A stretch of 64,000 bases of DNA from Raillietiella orientalis. Its lineage: Eukaryota. Below are positions 38,865-51,794 of the stretch, piece after piece (position 1 is the stretch's first letter; every line of letters starts with the position of its first letter). The notes beneath the pieces are model-generated. The model saw nothing but the letters and a program-made list of their open reading frames with translations, ran no database searches and had not been told where the DNA came from. The position numbers and the translations under genes were made by a program. The stretch is taken from NCBI GenBank assembly GCA_036172245.1, contig JAYWIR010000026.1, forward strand, positions 1,178,001-1,242,000, written 5' to 3'.

Positions 38865-41800
38865 CTCGAAGACCTGAGCTGCGCAGGGGGTCGGCCCGCG
38901 TGCGTTCCAGCGGGAACGGGGCAGGTGCGGCTGCAGGCATGGGTCGACGAAGGGGTGCGCCGAATTGCGCGAAGAACGGAACGGCAGCGCACGGCGCTGG
39001 GCACTTCCCGCGGAAGGGGAACCGTTTTGAGGAAATGGATCGGCCGCAGGTGTCGGACGGGAAACGGGGCAAGCAGAGTCCAGCTGGTTGGGGTAGGGGC
39101 AGTGGAGTAGGAGGGAGAGTTGGGTCTCGCATGAAGCACGGGGGTCGCTCCGGCGTGCCTGCGCATGCTGCAGAGTCCCGCGTGTGTCCGCAGGAAGCGG
39201 CTTTGCCGTGCTCCGGGAGGAGGCGCTCGTGCCGAGGTCCATTGCCTTGAAGCAAGGCGACCCGGCGCAAGCGGTAGCTGGTTCCGTGGCACGCTGGGGA
39301 GCTCCTGAATATGTGCGACCGTGTCCGTGAAACGCAGTGGCAGTAGCGACTACCAGTAGGGAGGTGGCGGTGCCGCTACCTAATCAGCTGCAATGCTTGC
39401 TCTGCGCGTCCAGGTAGAAGGAGTTGTTTGCTTTCTGGAGCCGACTGCATCGGGGTGTGGTGAGGTTCCCGATGGAGCGGACAAACTTTGTTGCTGATGC
39501 GGCGCTTTCTTGCCGGGCAACTGTCTGCTCAGTGAGGCGCGCGTGGGTTGGCTTCCGTGACCGCCGCAAGGGTCCGTGTCCAACTGCGCAGGTGCGCTCC
39601 GGTCGCGCTTTCTTTTCTATCTTTTTCTCTTTTTTTTGCTTTTGCCTTTTTATTTTCTCTCTGCGGAGGGACGGCCTCGTGCGGATTGTGCAGCGAAGCC
39701 AGGGGAAACAGCGGACGCGAGAAGAGAAGATGCGACGAGCCGCTCGCTTCGCTCGCCATCCGAGAGCAGCGCCTCGTCCCGCACGACGAGCGGGCGGATG
39801 CTGATTTCGGCGGGAAGACGCGACGAGTGAAGTCGAGGGGCATCGATGGTGCTGCAAGAATGGCTGCCGGTGCTCGGACTGGGACGCCTTTCCGGGAATG
39901 GGATGCGAAAAGCGGGCCGGGAGCGAACGAGTTCGTTTCTCGCGCCGTAGCCCGGAAGGTCGAAGGTTTCCCGCGTGCGCGCCGCTCCATTCGGGAGGGG
40001 ATGCGCGGAGGCTGCGCGCTCCGGACGTCGGATGGGCCATGGGGAGGCTCAGCACTTCTTCGGGTCGCAAGGAGACGCGGAACCGCGCTCTTGCATCCGG
40101 AGACCTCTCCCGCACGCGGCCGAGCATCTCCGCTCGGAAGTCGGAAGGACGCGATTCTCGCCTCTTCGGCGGCTGGGAAAACGCGGACGGAATGCGGCCC
40201 AAGAGCACGTGGTTGAGATGCGAGTCGCATCCGCGTTCCGAGTGGCGTGAAATGTGGGTGCGAAGAGCGGACCGGAGGACCGCATCAAGCTCGGGACCAG
40301 GGAAGAATGGGTACGGGAACTCTCTGTGGAGGGGCGGATCGACCGAAGCCCCCGTGGTTGCAGCACTGGAGCAGGTAACGACGACGCGTTCCCTTGTGGG
40401 GGGAACTCGCGGAAACTCCGCTTGCGAGGGGAATTCCCGGATGAAATCGTTCGGCGGACACCCAATCGCGCGCAGACGTTGTGCGGGCGTCGGCCATCGG
40501 CGATGAAAAGTGCCGTCCACCAGGAAGAAACAAACATTTTCAGCTTCGGTGCGCGCTCCCGACGCACCCGTAGCTGCGGCTGCTTTCGCGACGCGGCGCC
40601 AACGCTCGTGCGTCCAACGGCATGGACGAACGGCGCACGAAACGGGGGCAAGAGGTAACGGGAGCGGGACGAAGGGAAGAAGGGACGATCGACCAGGGTG
40701 GGAGCTCCACGGAAACGTCCATGCGTTCGGGACAGCAAGGGCGTGCGGTCCCGTGCGCGGGACGGAAGACGGGAGGAGTTTTTTCCCTCTCAGCAACGCG
40801 TTCGCCTCTCTGCAGTGGTGGTGGACCGGGAGGCCCGCGAACGTGCATTCCAGGAAAGCAAGCTCCAGAGCTCCAGGGAGAGGATTTGGCGTTGCCGAGA
40901 CAGCAACAGGAGGATATCCGCGCTCCCCGTCCAATGCGGCCATCCGTTTCCTCTTCAGGTGACGATCGCGGAGTACAGGGAACGCGCCAAGGGGACCGGG
41001 ATGTGTCCGCTGCGAGCGGCAAAGTTCCCGAGAGCGTCGACGCGGTCTGCTGCTGCTGCTGCTGCTGCTTTTGCCACTGGTGGCTGAGAACGACGAAGAC
41101 GGTCGCTGCTTCGCGGTTCCGGGCTTCCCGCACAGCGAAGGCTGCCTTGGAGAAGAGCATCGCTCCCGGCTACCGGTTTTCCTTCCGGCCGCTCTTTCTG
41201 AAATTCGGAGGGCGAGGTCAACGGAGTGTCCTTGCTCTGTCTCCAAGGACTCGCGCCTCCTCACGCGGGCGGTGTTTCGTCTTCCCGGAGAGGCGAATGC
41301 CCCAACTCGGATCAGGCAGACGCCCGACGCGCACAGGGGCGACTCCCCACCGGAAAACCCGCCTTCACCGGAAGGACCTCCGCAACGAACCGAGTCGCCG
41401 GGTGCGAACGTGCAGCTCGACGAGGGAGCTTCCAGCGTCTCCAGGCGACGCTCCTTCCGTCTTCCTGTATCCATTGCGGGAGGCGAGCAAAGGGAACGGG
41501 ACGCCGCGTCTTCGCAGGGATCTTCCGAGATCGACCCCTGGCTCCCTTTCTCGGTGAAGAGGGACCAGTGGCGCAAAGGACCTCTGCGGCACTCGGCGGA
41601 ATGCCCGCGAGCGAACGGATGCGTGTGGCCGGTAATCGGGGATGAGATGTGACGGGCTTCTCCGCGAAGCGGAAAGGGACTTGGCGGAAAGAAAAAGCGG
41701 GGAACCGGATGGAGGGAGGGGCAACACGATCGCAAGCGCGATTCCTCCCGTCGCAGCGGGTCGCTTTGGTTCCGCACGCGTCTGCAGGAAGCTTCCGTGA

Positions 41801-44800
41801 GGATTCACTGCCCTCGGGCGTTTTCTTCCCACGCAGGTTGGTGCGAATTCTGGCCGCCACGTCGAGAGGGAGTCACCGTCGCCCGGATGGCGAGCGAAGA
41901 GGAGCGACTGTCTTCCGGCAGGCAGCAGCCTCTTCCCGCCTCCGACTGCGAGCGAGCCTGCTCTTCGAATGTTCGTGAGAGAGGCTTAGCCTCCTCGGTG
42001 CAGCACCGCTAGGGGGCAACTTTGCTTGAAGGTTACCTGCGCTGCTTGGCGACGGCCTTCGCAGCAACGTGGAAGCGAGCGATATGGAGGGCCTTCCTGA
42101 GGTTATCTCGAGTTTTCGTGATCCTGGGATGCAGAGTTTTCGCTCCAAGATAGATACGGAGAGGGGAAGCAGCGAGTGTCCTCGCTGTGGTCGCGCGAAG
42201 ACTTTTCAGGCGATTTCTCGGGAAGATTTTGCAACGCTTCGGACGCTGCATCGAGGTGCGCTTCGGCGCAAGATGACGGGAGAGTTCCATCGTCTGCGTC
42301 GACTCTCCCAGCAACGCGAGCAGCTCGGAAAGCTCCTATCCTCTTTCTCCTCCTGTTCCTGGCAGCGCTCTCTCGTGCCGTTGTGACGAGTGAAGCTGCC
42401 TTTCTCGAGATCTGGCGAGGATTCTGGAATGTTCCGTGGTTTCCTTCTCGTGCCAGGCAAGGGTGGACAGCCTCGGTCAGCAAACTGAGCTTCTGTTGGC
42501 TCCTGTCATCGTTTTTCTTTTTTCCTTCCCAGGGTAGGACCGAACGAGGGAAAGGGGCGGAGGCGGTGAACCTGTGCGCGCCAGCATTTGAGGAGTGGAG
42601 AGAATTCTGGAAGGACCGCTCGTTCCGTAAGCTCCGCGCACACTCGAAGCCGAGTGCCATCCCAACGGCAGCCTTTCTTTCCGATCCTGCAGAGCAACGT
42701 CACCAAGAAGGAGACTCACTCGCGCGGACCACTCTGCTTTCATCCTGCCTGCGAGGAACACCGGTTGGTCCATCTCGTGCGCGAAATCCGCGAAACGCGT
42801 TTCGACAGTATTCCCGGTGTTTGCTTTGCACCTCCGACTGCAAGCCTGCCGCGTTCCAGGGAGTCCGTGGCAAAGAGATGGAACCTACCGACGTCTTTTG
42901 CGGAGAACGTTCGATCTTCTCCAAGGGGATGCAGCATAACAAGCGTCCTTGCTGTCTGCCTGCCGAGTTCGCCTGGCCTTCTCCTGCTCGGAAGGACACC
43001 CTGCGCTGTCATTGCCTGGGGAAGCGCGACTAGCTCAGAGGAGTGGTGGTGATGGCTCCGCTTCCGCGAGCGCCGTCGCAGCCGCAAAGGTCCGCCGACC
43101 GCCATGCGGAGTCAGGAGAACAACTCCTCTGTGGACGGTGGAGCACGTGCTGGCGGCCCTCCCTCCAGCACCGGGATTGACCGTGAGGGGAGTAAGGGGA
43201 GGGCGGTGGCGCTGGACGCTGCGAGTTGCGTGGAACGGCGACCGCTGCTTGGATGCGTCCTCCACGTTGCTACGCATCCGGAGACGCTGGCTGCGTGCCT
43301 CTCGCGCGCGACGATCTGCGGTCGGCTCTGCTTGAAATTTCAAGCGTCCGAGGGACGGGTGGAGAATCGCCGCTCCTTCCCATTTCCCGTTTCGCCAACC
43401 TCCGGGTGTTCCGTCCACGCTTAAGATTCTTCCCTGCACTCCCGGACTTGCCAACTTGCAACACACTTAAGTGGGCGGCGGCAGTCGGGACGAAGCCGCT
43501 TGCCGCCGGCCCGCAGATAGTTCGCACAATTCGACGGCATGCAGTCCTAAGGACATCGCGCGCCTTAATGGCATTCCCTGCACGCCGGCCATTTTCTTAT
43601 CACCTCCGAGCACTATAAAAATTGCCCTTTGGTGAATCCGCCGGCAGCATCGCTGGATTCGCTGGATGCTGGATGGTGGTAAGCTGCTTCCTTGTTTGCT
43701 TCTGGAAGAGTCGTTTCGTGCGCTTCTGTGCGCGGAGTGAATTGGTTGAGCGCGTGCGTCCGGGTGGGAGTGCGAGGAGGGATCCGCTCGTTCTCTTCAG
43801 CCTCCCTCCTCTCCCTTTTCCCATCTTTCTGTGGCGCCGGCCTGCACGCTTGTCTAGCAACATCGGCCTCAGCCGCGACGGGGGGCTTTCGCGAGTCGGA
43901 GCTGGCGACACGGGGACGCCCAACATCCGACACGGACTTTCCGCTCGTTCTCGAGTTGCCGAAGTGCTCGCTGCGACACAGCCGACTACGGGAGCCCCAG
44001 CACACACTCTTTGCGCCCTTCACAAGAGAAACGTCGCGGACTGTTCTTCCGCAAATGCCCCTTTCAGGCGCCACCGGTTGCATCCATCCTGCGGATTCGA
44101 AGATCTCTTCAGCAGGGAACGAGTGGCACCTCCACGGGGCTGCCGTCGAAGAAGTGCTCAACGGCGCGGTGGGAGAGTCGGCCGTGGGCGACGAGGGCTG
44201 CTGCCGCTCTCAGTCCTCTCCGGGACGCCGACTTGCAGCCGCCACTCGGGCAGCGGCCTGGAAGGGAAAAGGGGTTTCTCCCACTCGGAGAGCATGTGGG
44301 CGCCCTCTTCGTTGGCTGCTCTTCGGTGCGACAAGGGCCCGAGAACCGTCTCTTCACCTCTATGGCAACATCTGCGCGCGTCCCGGCAACGCGTGCGACG
44401 TGGGGCGACCGCAAGGCTTTCCGCTGGCCACGCCAGCACCGGCGTCGCTCGAGAGAAGCGGTTAGACGGACGCCTGTCCATCCACTTGCCGCGGGTCGTG
44501 GTGGTCGACGGGGGAACATTTCGGCGCCTGGGTGCCAGGCGCTCGCTCGTAACCCAGCGCACGCACTTAGCGCAAACTTTCTTCGGAGGAAGGCTGGAAA
44601 ACAGAGGCGCATCCGTCTCCTCTTTGATGCCTCTTGCGTACAGCGAACCATTGTGTCGCTAGGAGGTGGGACTCCTGGACGCGGTTTCCAGTCTGCCGCC
44701 AGCTCGGGTGTTTCGATTTATGTGCAGAGTTGGTTTTCTCATCCTCCTTAGTTTTTTTTAGGCGGTGTGGTTGGAACGTGTCTTGATTTCGGAGCACACT

Positions 44801-46883
44801 AAAATGGACGATGTTGTCGGGCTGGCGTGCGCTCGGGAGAGCATCCTGCGGAGTAGTGATACAGGGAAGCTCCTTTTTCCTTTCTGCGTGAGGTTGTGTT
44901 TTTGGTGACGGCTTTTCACGTGTTCGCGGATAACGAAGGAGACTGCAAGAACTTCTAGCAAGCTGCTGATGTGCGTTTGGCCGTGAGAACACGTGTCGTG
45001 CGCCGTTTGCGTGCGGGTTCAGGAAACGTGAAGACCGTTGTTTTGAGGGGACGCAGGAAGAAGTTATTACCTGTTGGTGCATCCTTCGTTTTTTCTGGTA
45101 TTCATGGTTTTGGATTCCTGTGTGGGAGTGAACGAAACGGGTGCAGACACACTTTGCATTGATCTGCGTCTACATGCGTCGCAGGGAGGTGTCTTCCGCA
45201 TGCTTACCTGGACGTGCTGCTTACGTTCCATCTCTCGCATCCCCACGAGTCCTTCGCTAATCTTAGCAGTTCAGGTCGGATGCACCCGTGACCTCTTCTG
45301 CTTCCACCGACTCGGTGCTTCCTTCTCTCTCTTTTTTCTCCTCTTTCGATCTTTTTCTGCTCGGTTCTTGATGTGTGATTTTCATTCGCGGATACTTTAA
45401 CAAAAGCTCTTTCCACGGACTCGGTTCGACGAAAAGAATGCCGAAATTTCGGTTATGAAGACATTGCGAGCGTCGCCACCAGTGGTAGGAATAGGGAGAG
45501 CATGGATTTGGGTTTTTTCTCCTTCTCTGTCCTGGCCAATTTCGGTTGCCTTTGGGTATTTCTTGATTTCGGTAGGATTCCTTTTGGATAAGTTTCCGCC
45601 GAAACGCACAGGCTGGAAGTCAATCGGATGCGGATGTGATTGGCATCGCGATAGGGGAATCTCTCGACAGGCCTCCAAGTTTCCTAGGCGACCAACAACC
45701 TTCCTGAAGTCGTAGAAGGTGGTGAAGAGTGCACGAACCGGGTTTTCCCTTGTTTCGTTAAGCGGAGAGTTCGCGCTGCTGTCAGCTGTGACGCTTCCAC
45801 ACTCCCAGCTGAGCATCTTTCACTTCCAGGAGTAGATAGCGACGAAGCGTTCGGGTTTGGACTACTTCTCGATGCCTGGCAGTGTTGTCGAGATTCTAAA
45901 CGAAAGATTTACGGGTGGTCGCCCTTCGTGTTCGAATCAAAGAACCAACTAATTAAGCTCGCGAAAATGCATTTACCAAGTGCCAAGGTGCCGCCTACGG
46001 TGATACCGACTCAGCCGATGCGCCACGAGCAGAATCAGCAAACCGAGTTGGACCACTCATTTGAATGCCTATGGGGAAGTCCGTCTTTCAAGCGTGTTTG
46101 TCTCATCGCGCCAGTAAAATACCGATGAGCATTCCCCAGAACTCTATGCGCTGGCAATGTCGTGGTACTGAGGACAATGGTACGTTTTCAGTTGCGGCGG
46201 AACTTTGTCATCAATGCCGTCATGAAATCCCAAGGAAAGTTTCGGTAGTCAGCCGCTTGGAACAGTCTTACACCGATTGATGGGAAGAAGAGATGTGTTG
46301 ATACCCGATGATAGCGGGACGGTGTAGAAGACCGTTTGGAATCGTTTGGAAGGCGGTTCTTGGAACCACGAACGAAACGGCACGCATTGGCATATTTGTC
46401 AATGTCCCGGATTCTCCAGGGTTGCCCCCTATAACTTGAAGAGAGATACGCACCCTCTAATGGTGTGGACAGCGTTAACGAGCTTTGTAAATCCATCCTT
46501 CTTCCTTTCCCCCTTCTCCGAGGAGGCGAGCGGGTTTTCAGCACTGGTCGAACCAAAGAAGAAGAAAAAGGAAAGGAAAGGTTGGCCAGCGCGTCCAGCA
46601 GGAGAATCCAAAAGGATTTCCTCCATGCTTGCCCGCCATCAGCAGGGGCCTGCAAAGACCTCTTCCGGTCGCTACCACTTCGAGTGTCCTCTGCCCATTT
46701 GCTGTCTCTCACTAGAAGAAACCCGAACCATTTCGCTGAGTCGGCATCCTTGCTTCGCAGCCATCTGGAAGCCATCTGATCTGATGAAAGGGGGATTGGA
46801 TGGAAGGAGGGAGCATCTGCACGGTTTGTGTACACGATTAGCCAAGGATACTTGGAGTGCAGGGAAAGATGCGGAAGGGGGAG
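38865..46883 (-). repeat. Right arm (8019 bp) of the inverted duplication
   Basis: Reverse complement of 30568-38588. Confidence 0.98.
39900..44760 (+). mobile_element. Near full-length, highly decayed L1/Tx1-like element in the right arm
   Basis: Motifs in LINE order: gag-knuckle relic FGGHPIARRRCAGVGHRR*KVP (40450-40515), APE-like AFQESKL (40845), REIRETRFDSI for DxxKAFD (42780), FSKGMQ (42918), PGLTV (43171), EHVGALFVGC (44290), then a T-run at 44752. Confidence 0.5.
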
Positions 46884-49266
46884 TTCCACAAACCTGTACG
46901 ATGTCGCCTTCATTCAGGTAGGGATGAGGCCCGCGAAATGAAGGCAGACAGCGCCGTTCCGAATTATTCTCCGTGCAAGCCACTGCTGCATTGCCAGCAG
47001 GATGCCCAACGGCGTGGTCGCAGGCGTAGTCAGCCAGCAGTTCCCCTCGTTGAGGAGCGCTGGTCAACACTTCCGACCGAGCGTTCCAATCGACTGGGCC
47101 GCCCTCATATCCGGCAAGCACTCCGATGGCAGCGGAGGCGTCCTCACTCGGGAGAAACGGGAGAACAACCTTTCCTCGAGGATGACGTGTGTTTCAGCCA
47201 GTTCTTTCCCAAGCGTGATCTTTAGACAGCTCCACCTAGAGACCAACGAAACCAGAACCGCTATTCCCTCCGGCGTCCAATGAGCGCCACACGACCTGCT
47301 GGACGCATGAAGCACTCCCATCCCTCCCCGTTGGGTTGTTAGAAGGCGAGATGACCGTTCATTTCTGCTCTCGGTGGACGCCGGAATACCACGAGAAACT
47401 CTTTGGTCTGCTCGACCGCCCGGGCTGCCTCCTAACAAAGACCATTTCTTCTGCGTTAACTCCATCGCAAGAAGAACAAGCATTGTACGGTTGAGTACTA
47501 AGCGACTCGCTTGGGCTTCCCTATCCCACAACACTCCTTCTTATCCCCAATCACCGGTCACCAGAGAGGCAATTCGCTCAGGGAGGGCGCAATTCCTGCG
47601 TAGCGAAACCCACGAATCGCAGTCCCTGTTCTCGTCCCAGCACCTTCCGCAATCGCAAATCAAGGAACTTCTCCTTTCCCTGCAAGCGGACGGAAAAAAA
47701 CATGCCATGTGTGAAGAAGCAAACGTCGTACCGACGAGGAAGATTCTGGCCAGCGTGGCAACTCATCAGTGCACTGCTCAGCATTCCCTGGGGCGACGCA
47801 TCTTTGCAACGGACCGGAAATTAACAATCTTAGAAGCGGACGAATTGCTTCGAGCCGAGACCTCGCTGTGGTGTTTGCGACGGACAACAGATGTCAGCGC
47901 TGCTGCCTCTCCCGACTCGAATGTTGGTTGGCAGGCACCAGCCATACTCTGCGGATCGTGCTTTGCCTGTGCTTCACCGCGACGGCCTCCAACCCCAAGA
48001 GACTCCTTGGCTCCTCGACGTGGTTCCTCTTGTTGCCTGCGTGCCCCAGGCACACACATCATTGAGCTCCAACTTTGAGACTTTGTTTTGGCGTTCCTTC
48101 CGCCTGGTGTCACGTGCATTTTCTGCATTCTGGTTCACTGCCGAGCGCTCTTCGCGTGCTGTCTTCCACACCCGCTCAGTGCGGAGAGTCCTCTGATGGA
48201 TCCCGTTCTTCCAGAGTAGAGGGTGCATCCGAAAGGGAAATAGGTCTTCTTCCAGACGCAGGGAATCGAGACAACCTTAACGGGGAACTGCGGCAAGCAG
48301 CCGGTGCAGAATCCCAACTTTCGACGGACGACTCGCTCGCAGCTCGTCCCGGGGGATGCTCAATGCGTGACCGCACCTCCTCTCAGGAACCTCCTTCTTT
48401 CCTCCTGAGAGCTCCAGAACCATCAGCATCGATTCCTGCAGGTTCCCTCAAAACGATGGTGCGCCTCTTCTCAGACGAATCCCCATTCAATTCTCCTCAT
48501 TGAGGACCTTTCTAGCTTTTTCTCCCTGACGGGCACCCTTCGCAAGACTCTGGTCACTCCTGAGAAGATGGACTTGCCGTCTTCTGCTTCTCCGTGGAGG
48601 ACGAACTTTGGTAACGGAGCCCCCGGCGGAAGACGGCCACGAGGTTTCTTTCTTTGCCCATCTCGGAAATGCTATTTTCTCAGCATTCCGTGGAAGGTGG
48701 ATTTTCTCATTTCACAAGGATCTGTAGCTGCCCGATCCGATGCTGTGCGTTCCTTTCTACTTCCGACGTTTTTTGTGAGACGCGTGGCTCGCCGCTTCAA
48801 TCGTTTGACCAGCGTCCCGGTCGCGCGCTCCAAATCGGGAGGCAGATGCGCTTCTGCTCGCGTAGTTAGCGGGAACGGACGCTCGGATGTTGCTGAGTCG
48901 GCCTTTCGCCACGTGGAAATCCCAACTTCCCGTGTTCCCGGAAACGCAAATGATTCCGAAGTTAACCTAGAAATGCCAATAGTGTTTTCAGAGTTCGACG
49001 ACGGCGGTTACGTCGGAGACCGCAAACAGGGGAATGTCATGGGGAAGCGGATCTGTGGAAGACTTCGTCACCTGCCGCTCGACCCAGAGCGCACCCGGGA
49101 GATCAGCGGCCCTGATGCAAAAGAAAGCGACTTGCCCAAAGCCCTCACCTGTGCCCGTGAGCATTTCGTCACCGGAAAACCTCGCCTTTCGTGAGGAACC
49201 GAAATTCCCGTCGCGACACAGGTCGCGGCTTTCGATTTGTTCCTGGTTCAGCCAGAGCAGCTCGGA
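46550..49266 (-). mobile_element. Old L1/Tx1-like ORF2 remnant running into the right palindrome arm
   Basis: ELLWLNQE and PLFAVSDVTAVV (APE-like, 49260-49000), RRYDVCFF (YADD position, ~47725), TTQRGGMGV (GGLG, ~47325), GDIVQVCGT / LPHLSL (46905-46860). Confidence 0.55.
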
Positions 49267-49298
49267 GATGCCACCCGGGTACGCCGGGACGTTTATTA

Positions 49299-49916
49299 AA
49301 ACTTTTCAATTCTCAAGACATGAAGTGGTAAAACCCCTTCTTTGGTCATTACAGAACGTGGTACAAGGCCCCCCTAACGGCCTCGAAACATCGGACCTGC
49401 CGGGACACCGGGACCCAGGCCGGTGTGACTCTCCTCGGCAGTGAAAGGGGAAGGGTGAGAAAACACAAAAAAAAATAAAATAACCGCAAAAAACAAAAGA
49501 GATTTTGGAAGGAAGGGATGGGATTACTGTCCACTGGGAGGAGAGTCCATCCTTTGCAGGATGCCCTCGAGGTCCTCCTTCGGTCTACCCAGCTGGCGCC
49601 ATCCGGTAGCTCTTTGAAGGAAGCGAACAGCTTTCGAAATGTCGTCTGTTACAATGGATCTTCGGATCCACTCCAGGCCGCTACAATGCCACGGATGCAG
49701 CAAAGTGCTGTCAAGGCTGCGACTGGACTGAGGGCGTCCCGCACGAAGAGAAGACTGTAAACGCCTCAGGGGTTGCCACCATCCGGTATCCCGAGGGCCG
49801 TTCCAAGACATTCCCATTCATTCCGGAGAGCAATGCAGTCAACTATGAGGTGGAGGAGGGACTCCCGCTCCCCACACCTGTCACACTTAGACTTTACTCT
49901 CCCTCGCGTCCCAGTG
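49299..49916 (-). mobile_element. 3' fragment of a younger L1/Tx1-like element (CCHC region to 3' UTR)
   Basis: Direct homologue of 51827-52396; encodes a C..CG.RESLLHLIVDC..L..W-type motif at 49890-49815. Confidence 0.85.
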
Positions 49917-51794
49917 TCCTTCTAGGGGGCAGAAGTGGTGTGGCATCTCTCAGCGGTCTAGTAAGTGCGTAGGTTTTGGGTTGTTTTGTCTGGTGTGTGG
50001 GAGCGCCGGTGTACCATGGCAAAAATGCCTCAGGAGACCGCCATGGAAATTGGGGGAGGAGAGGCGACTTGCCCTCCTCCACCCATTAAAGTGGGGGCAC
50101 CCGCTTCCACGGAATCCGGGGCACTTGCTCCATCGGAATCGGGGGCAACCGCCCTTCGCGACCTTCTTCGCCAGCGGAGAGGAGTTCGAGTGCCATCGTT
50201 GCTGCACCATCCCCGGCTGCAGCTGCGGAGCTGACTGCCAACAAGGACAGCGGCTACAAACTGTCGCTGATCTATAAGGTAGACAGAATGTTTGATGAAA
50301 AAATTGCACGTTCCTTTGAAATGGAACTGCAACGTCTAAATGTGAGGGAGGAAGACCTTGAGGGCCTCTCCGTCCTTAGTGGGGGACAGTGAGTTGAGCT
50401 GACATGCAGAGAAACAAGTCTGGCGCAGCGCCTGCTGAACAACCCCATTACGGTGGACGGCCGCAGGATCTTCCCTGTGACGGAGGACCGCACCGTCGTG
50501 GTCCACCTCACGGGCGTAACACTCCGAATGGACAAAGCCAGCGTCCATGAGGAGTTGTCAAAACATAGTAATGTGCACGCGTATTGGGCCAAACCCAATG
50601 TCTTCCGAACGTACGGAAGGCTATTCAGTGGGATGGCCGCTGCCCGCGTCACACTACCAGAGAATGGTGAGCTTTCCCACAAACTAAACATCGACGAAGA
50701 AAAAGTCGATGTTTGGTACGTGGGAAAGCCCAAGTATTGTGGCCATTGCGATGCTACAGGGCACTTAAAAAAACGGGGCCCTAGCATCCAATGCCACTTA
50801 TGTGGAAATAAGGGCCACATTCTCAAGGTGTGCCTGAGAAGAGAAATCCCGGTCCCACCCGCTGCCGAAAAGGCAAAGGGGAAACGGGAGGGAGAGGTGA
50901 ATAACTTCAAATAGGCTGTAAAAAGCCAGATGCCAGTCCCTAAACTCTCCCAGCAAACGTCGGTTAAGAGCACTCCCGACGACGCTGGCGACGGCGAAGG
51001 CTGGCAGACGGTACAGCCAAGAAAACCCAGGAGTCCGGAGAGAAATGCGGGGAAAACAAAAACGCAGCGCGAAAAACCGTGCCGCGAAAAACTCCGCGTG
51101 TGTTTGGTGAAATTAGAGCGTGTGGAGGCATTCGATGCCGCCACCGGGGGAGCAATTCCTCCCCTCGCGTCCGCCGAAGCCACGATGGTCGATGGCGTAC
51201 CCTCTGGGAAAACAGAGGGGGACCGATGGCCGCCTTCCAGCAGGCGGTGGAAGAACTCGCGGCTGAACTGCAAAGCCGTGAGAAGAACTCGCGGAAAGCC
51301 TTACGAAGGCCGGCCGCGAGGAAGGCTCCGGAGGCAGGTGAGGCCGAACCGGATGCCGGAAGTGCGTCCTCCTCAGCGGAGGCGCCACCAAAGAAGACGG
51401 GACTCAAGTCCCAGGATCCCAGGAGGCGCATCCGGACTAACAAGGAGGGAGATGAACCGGCACCCGAGGGGAGAACCGGCAGCGTGGGAGAAGAGGGTGG
51501 GAATCTCTCATTCCCCGACACCGTGCAGCTGGCGACCCCCATGGAGGAGGAAGTACAAGTGGGTGAAACCCCTCTTCCTCTGCACGGCCCTGACGATGAT
51601 TCGGCCCCCATGGAGGAGGGAGCAGCAGTGAGCGACGCACCCCCTCCTCCTAGCGTCCCGCCCGACCAGGTGGCGGAAGCCCCATTGCCACTTTCCCAGG
51701 ATTAGCACCTGGGCTCGCCTGTCGCCGTAGGATCCACGTGGCCAGTTGGAACGTCAACGGGCTGCGCGACGACGGCAACAGACGGGGATTTGGT
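49912..51794 (+). mobile_element. 5' part of an L1/Tx1-like element: 5'UTR, disrupted ORF1 (gag-like, two zinc knuckles, acidic tail; ~50016-51705) and the first codons of the APE domain
   Basis: VWYVGKPKYCGHCDATGH...QCHLCGNKGHILKVC (CCHC knuckles); RIHVASWNVNGLRD at 51730-51770 is APE motif I; stops and frameshifts at 50234, 50914 and elsewhere. Confidence 0.9.

Noticed and set aside
46672..47121. Sushi/CCP-like reading (DYACDH...CGTPP)
   Set aside because: Better explained as a frameshifted LINE CCHC region continuous with upstream ORF2 motifs.
50272..51273. 333-aa minus-strand ORF
   Set aside because: Antisense shadow of the LINE ORF1 on the plus strand.
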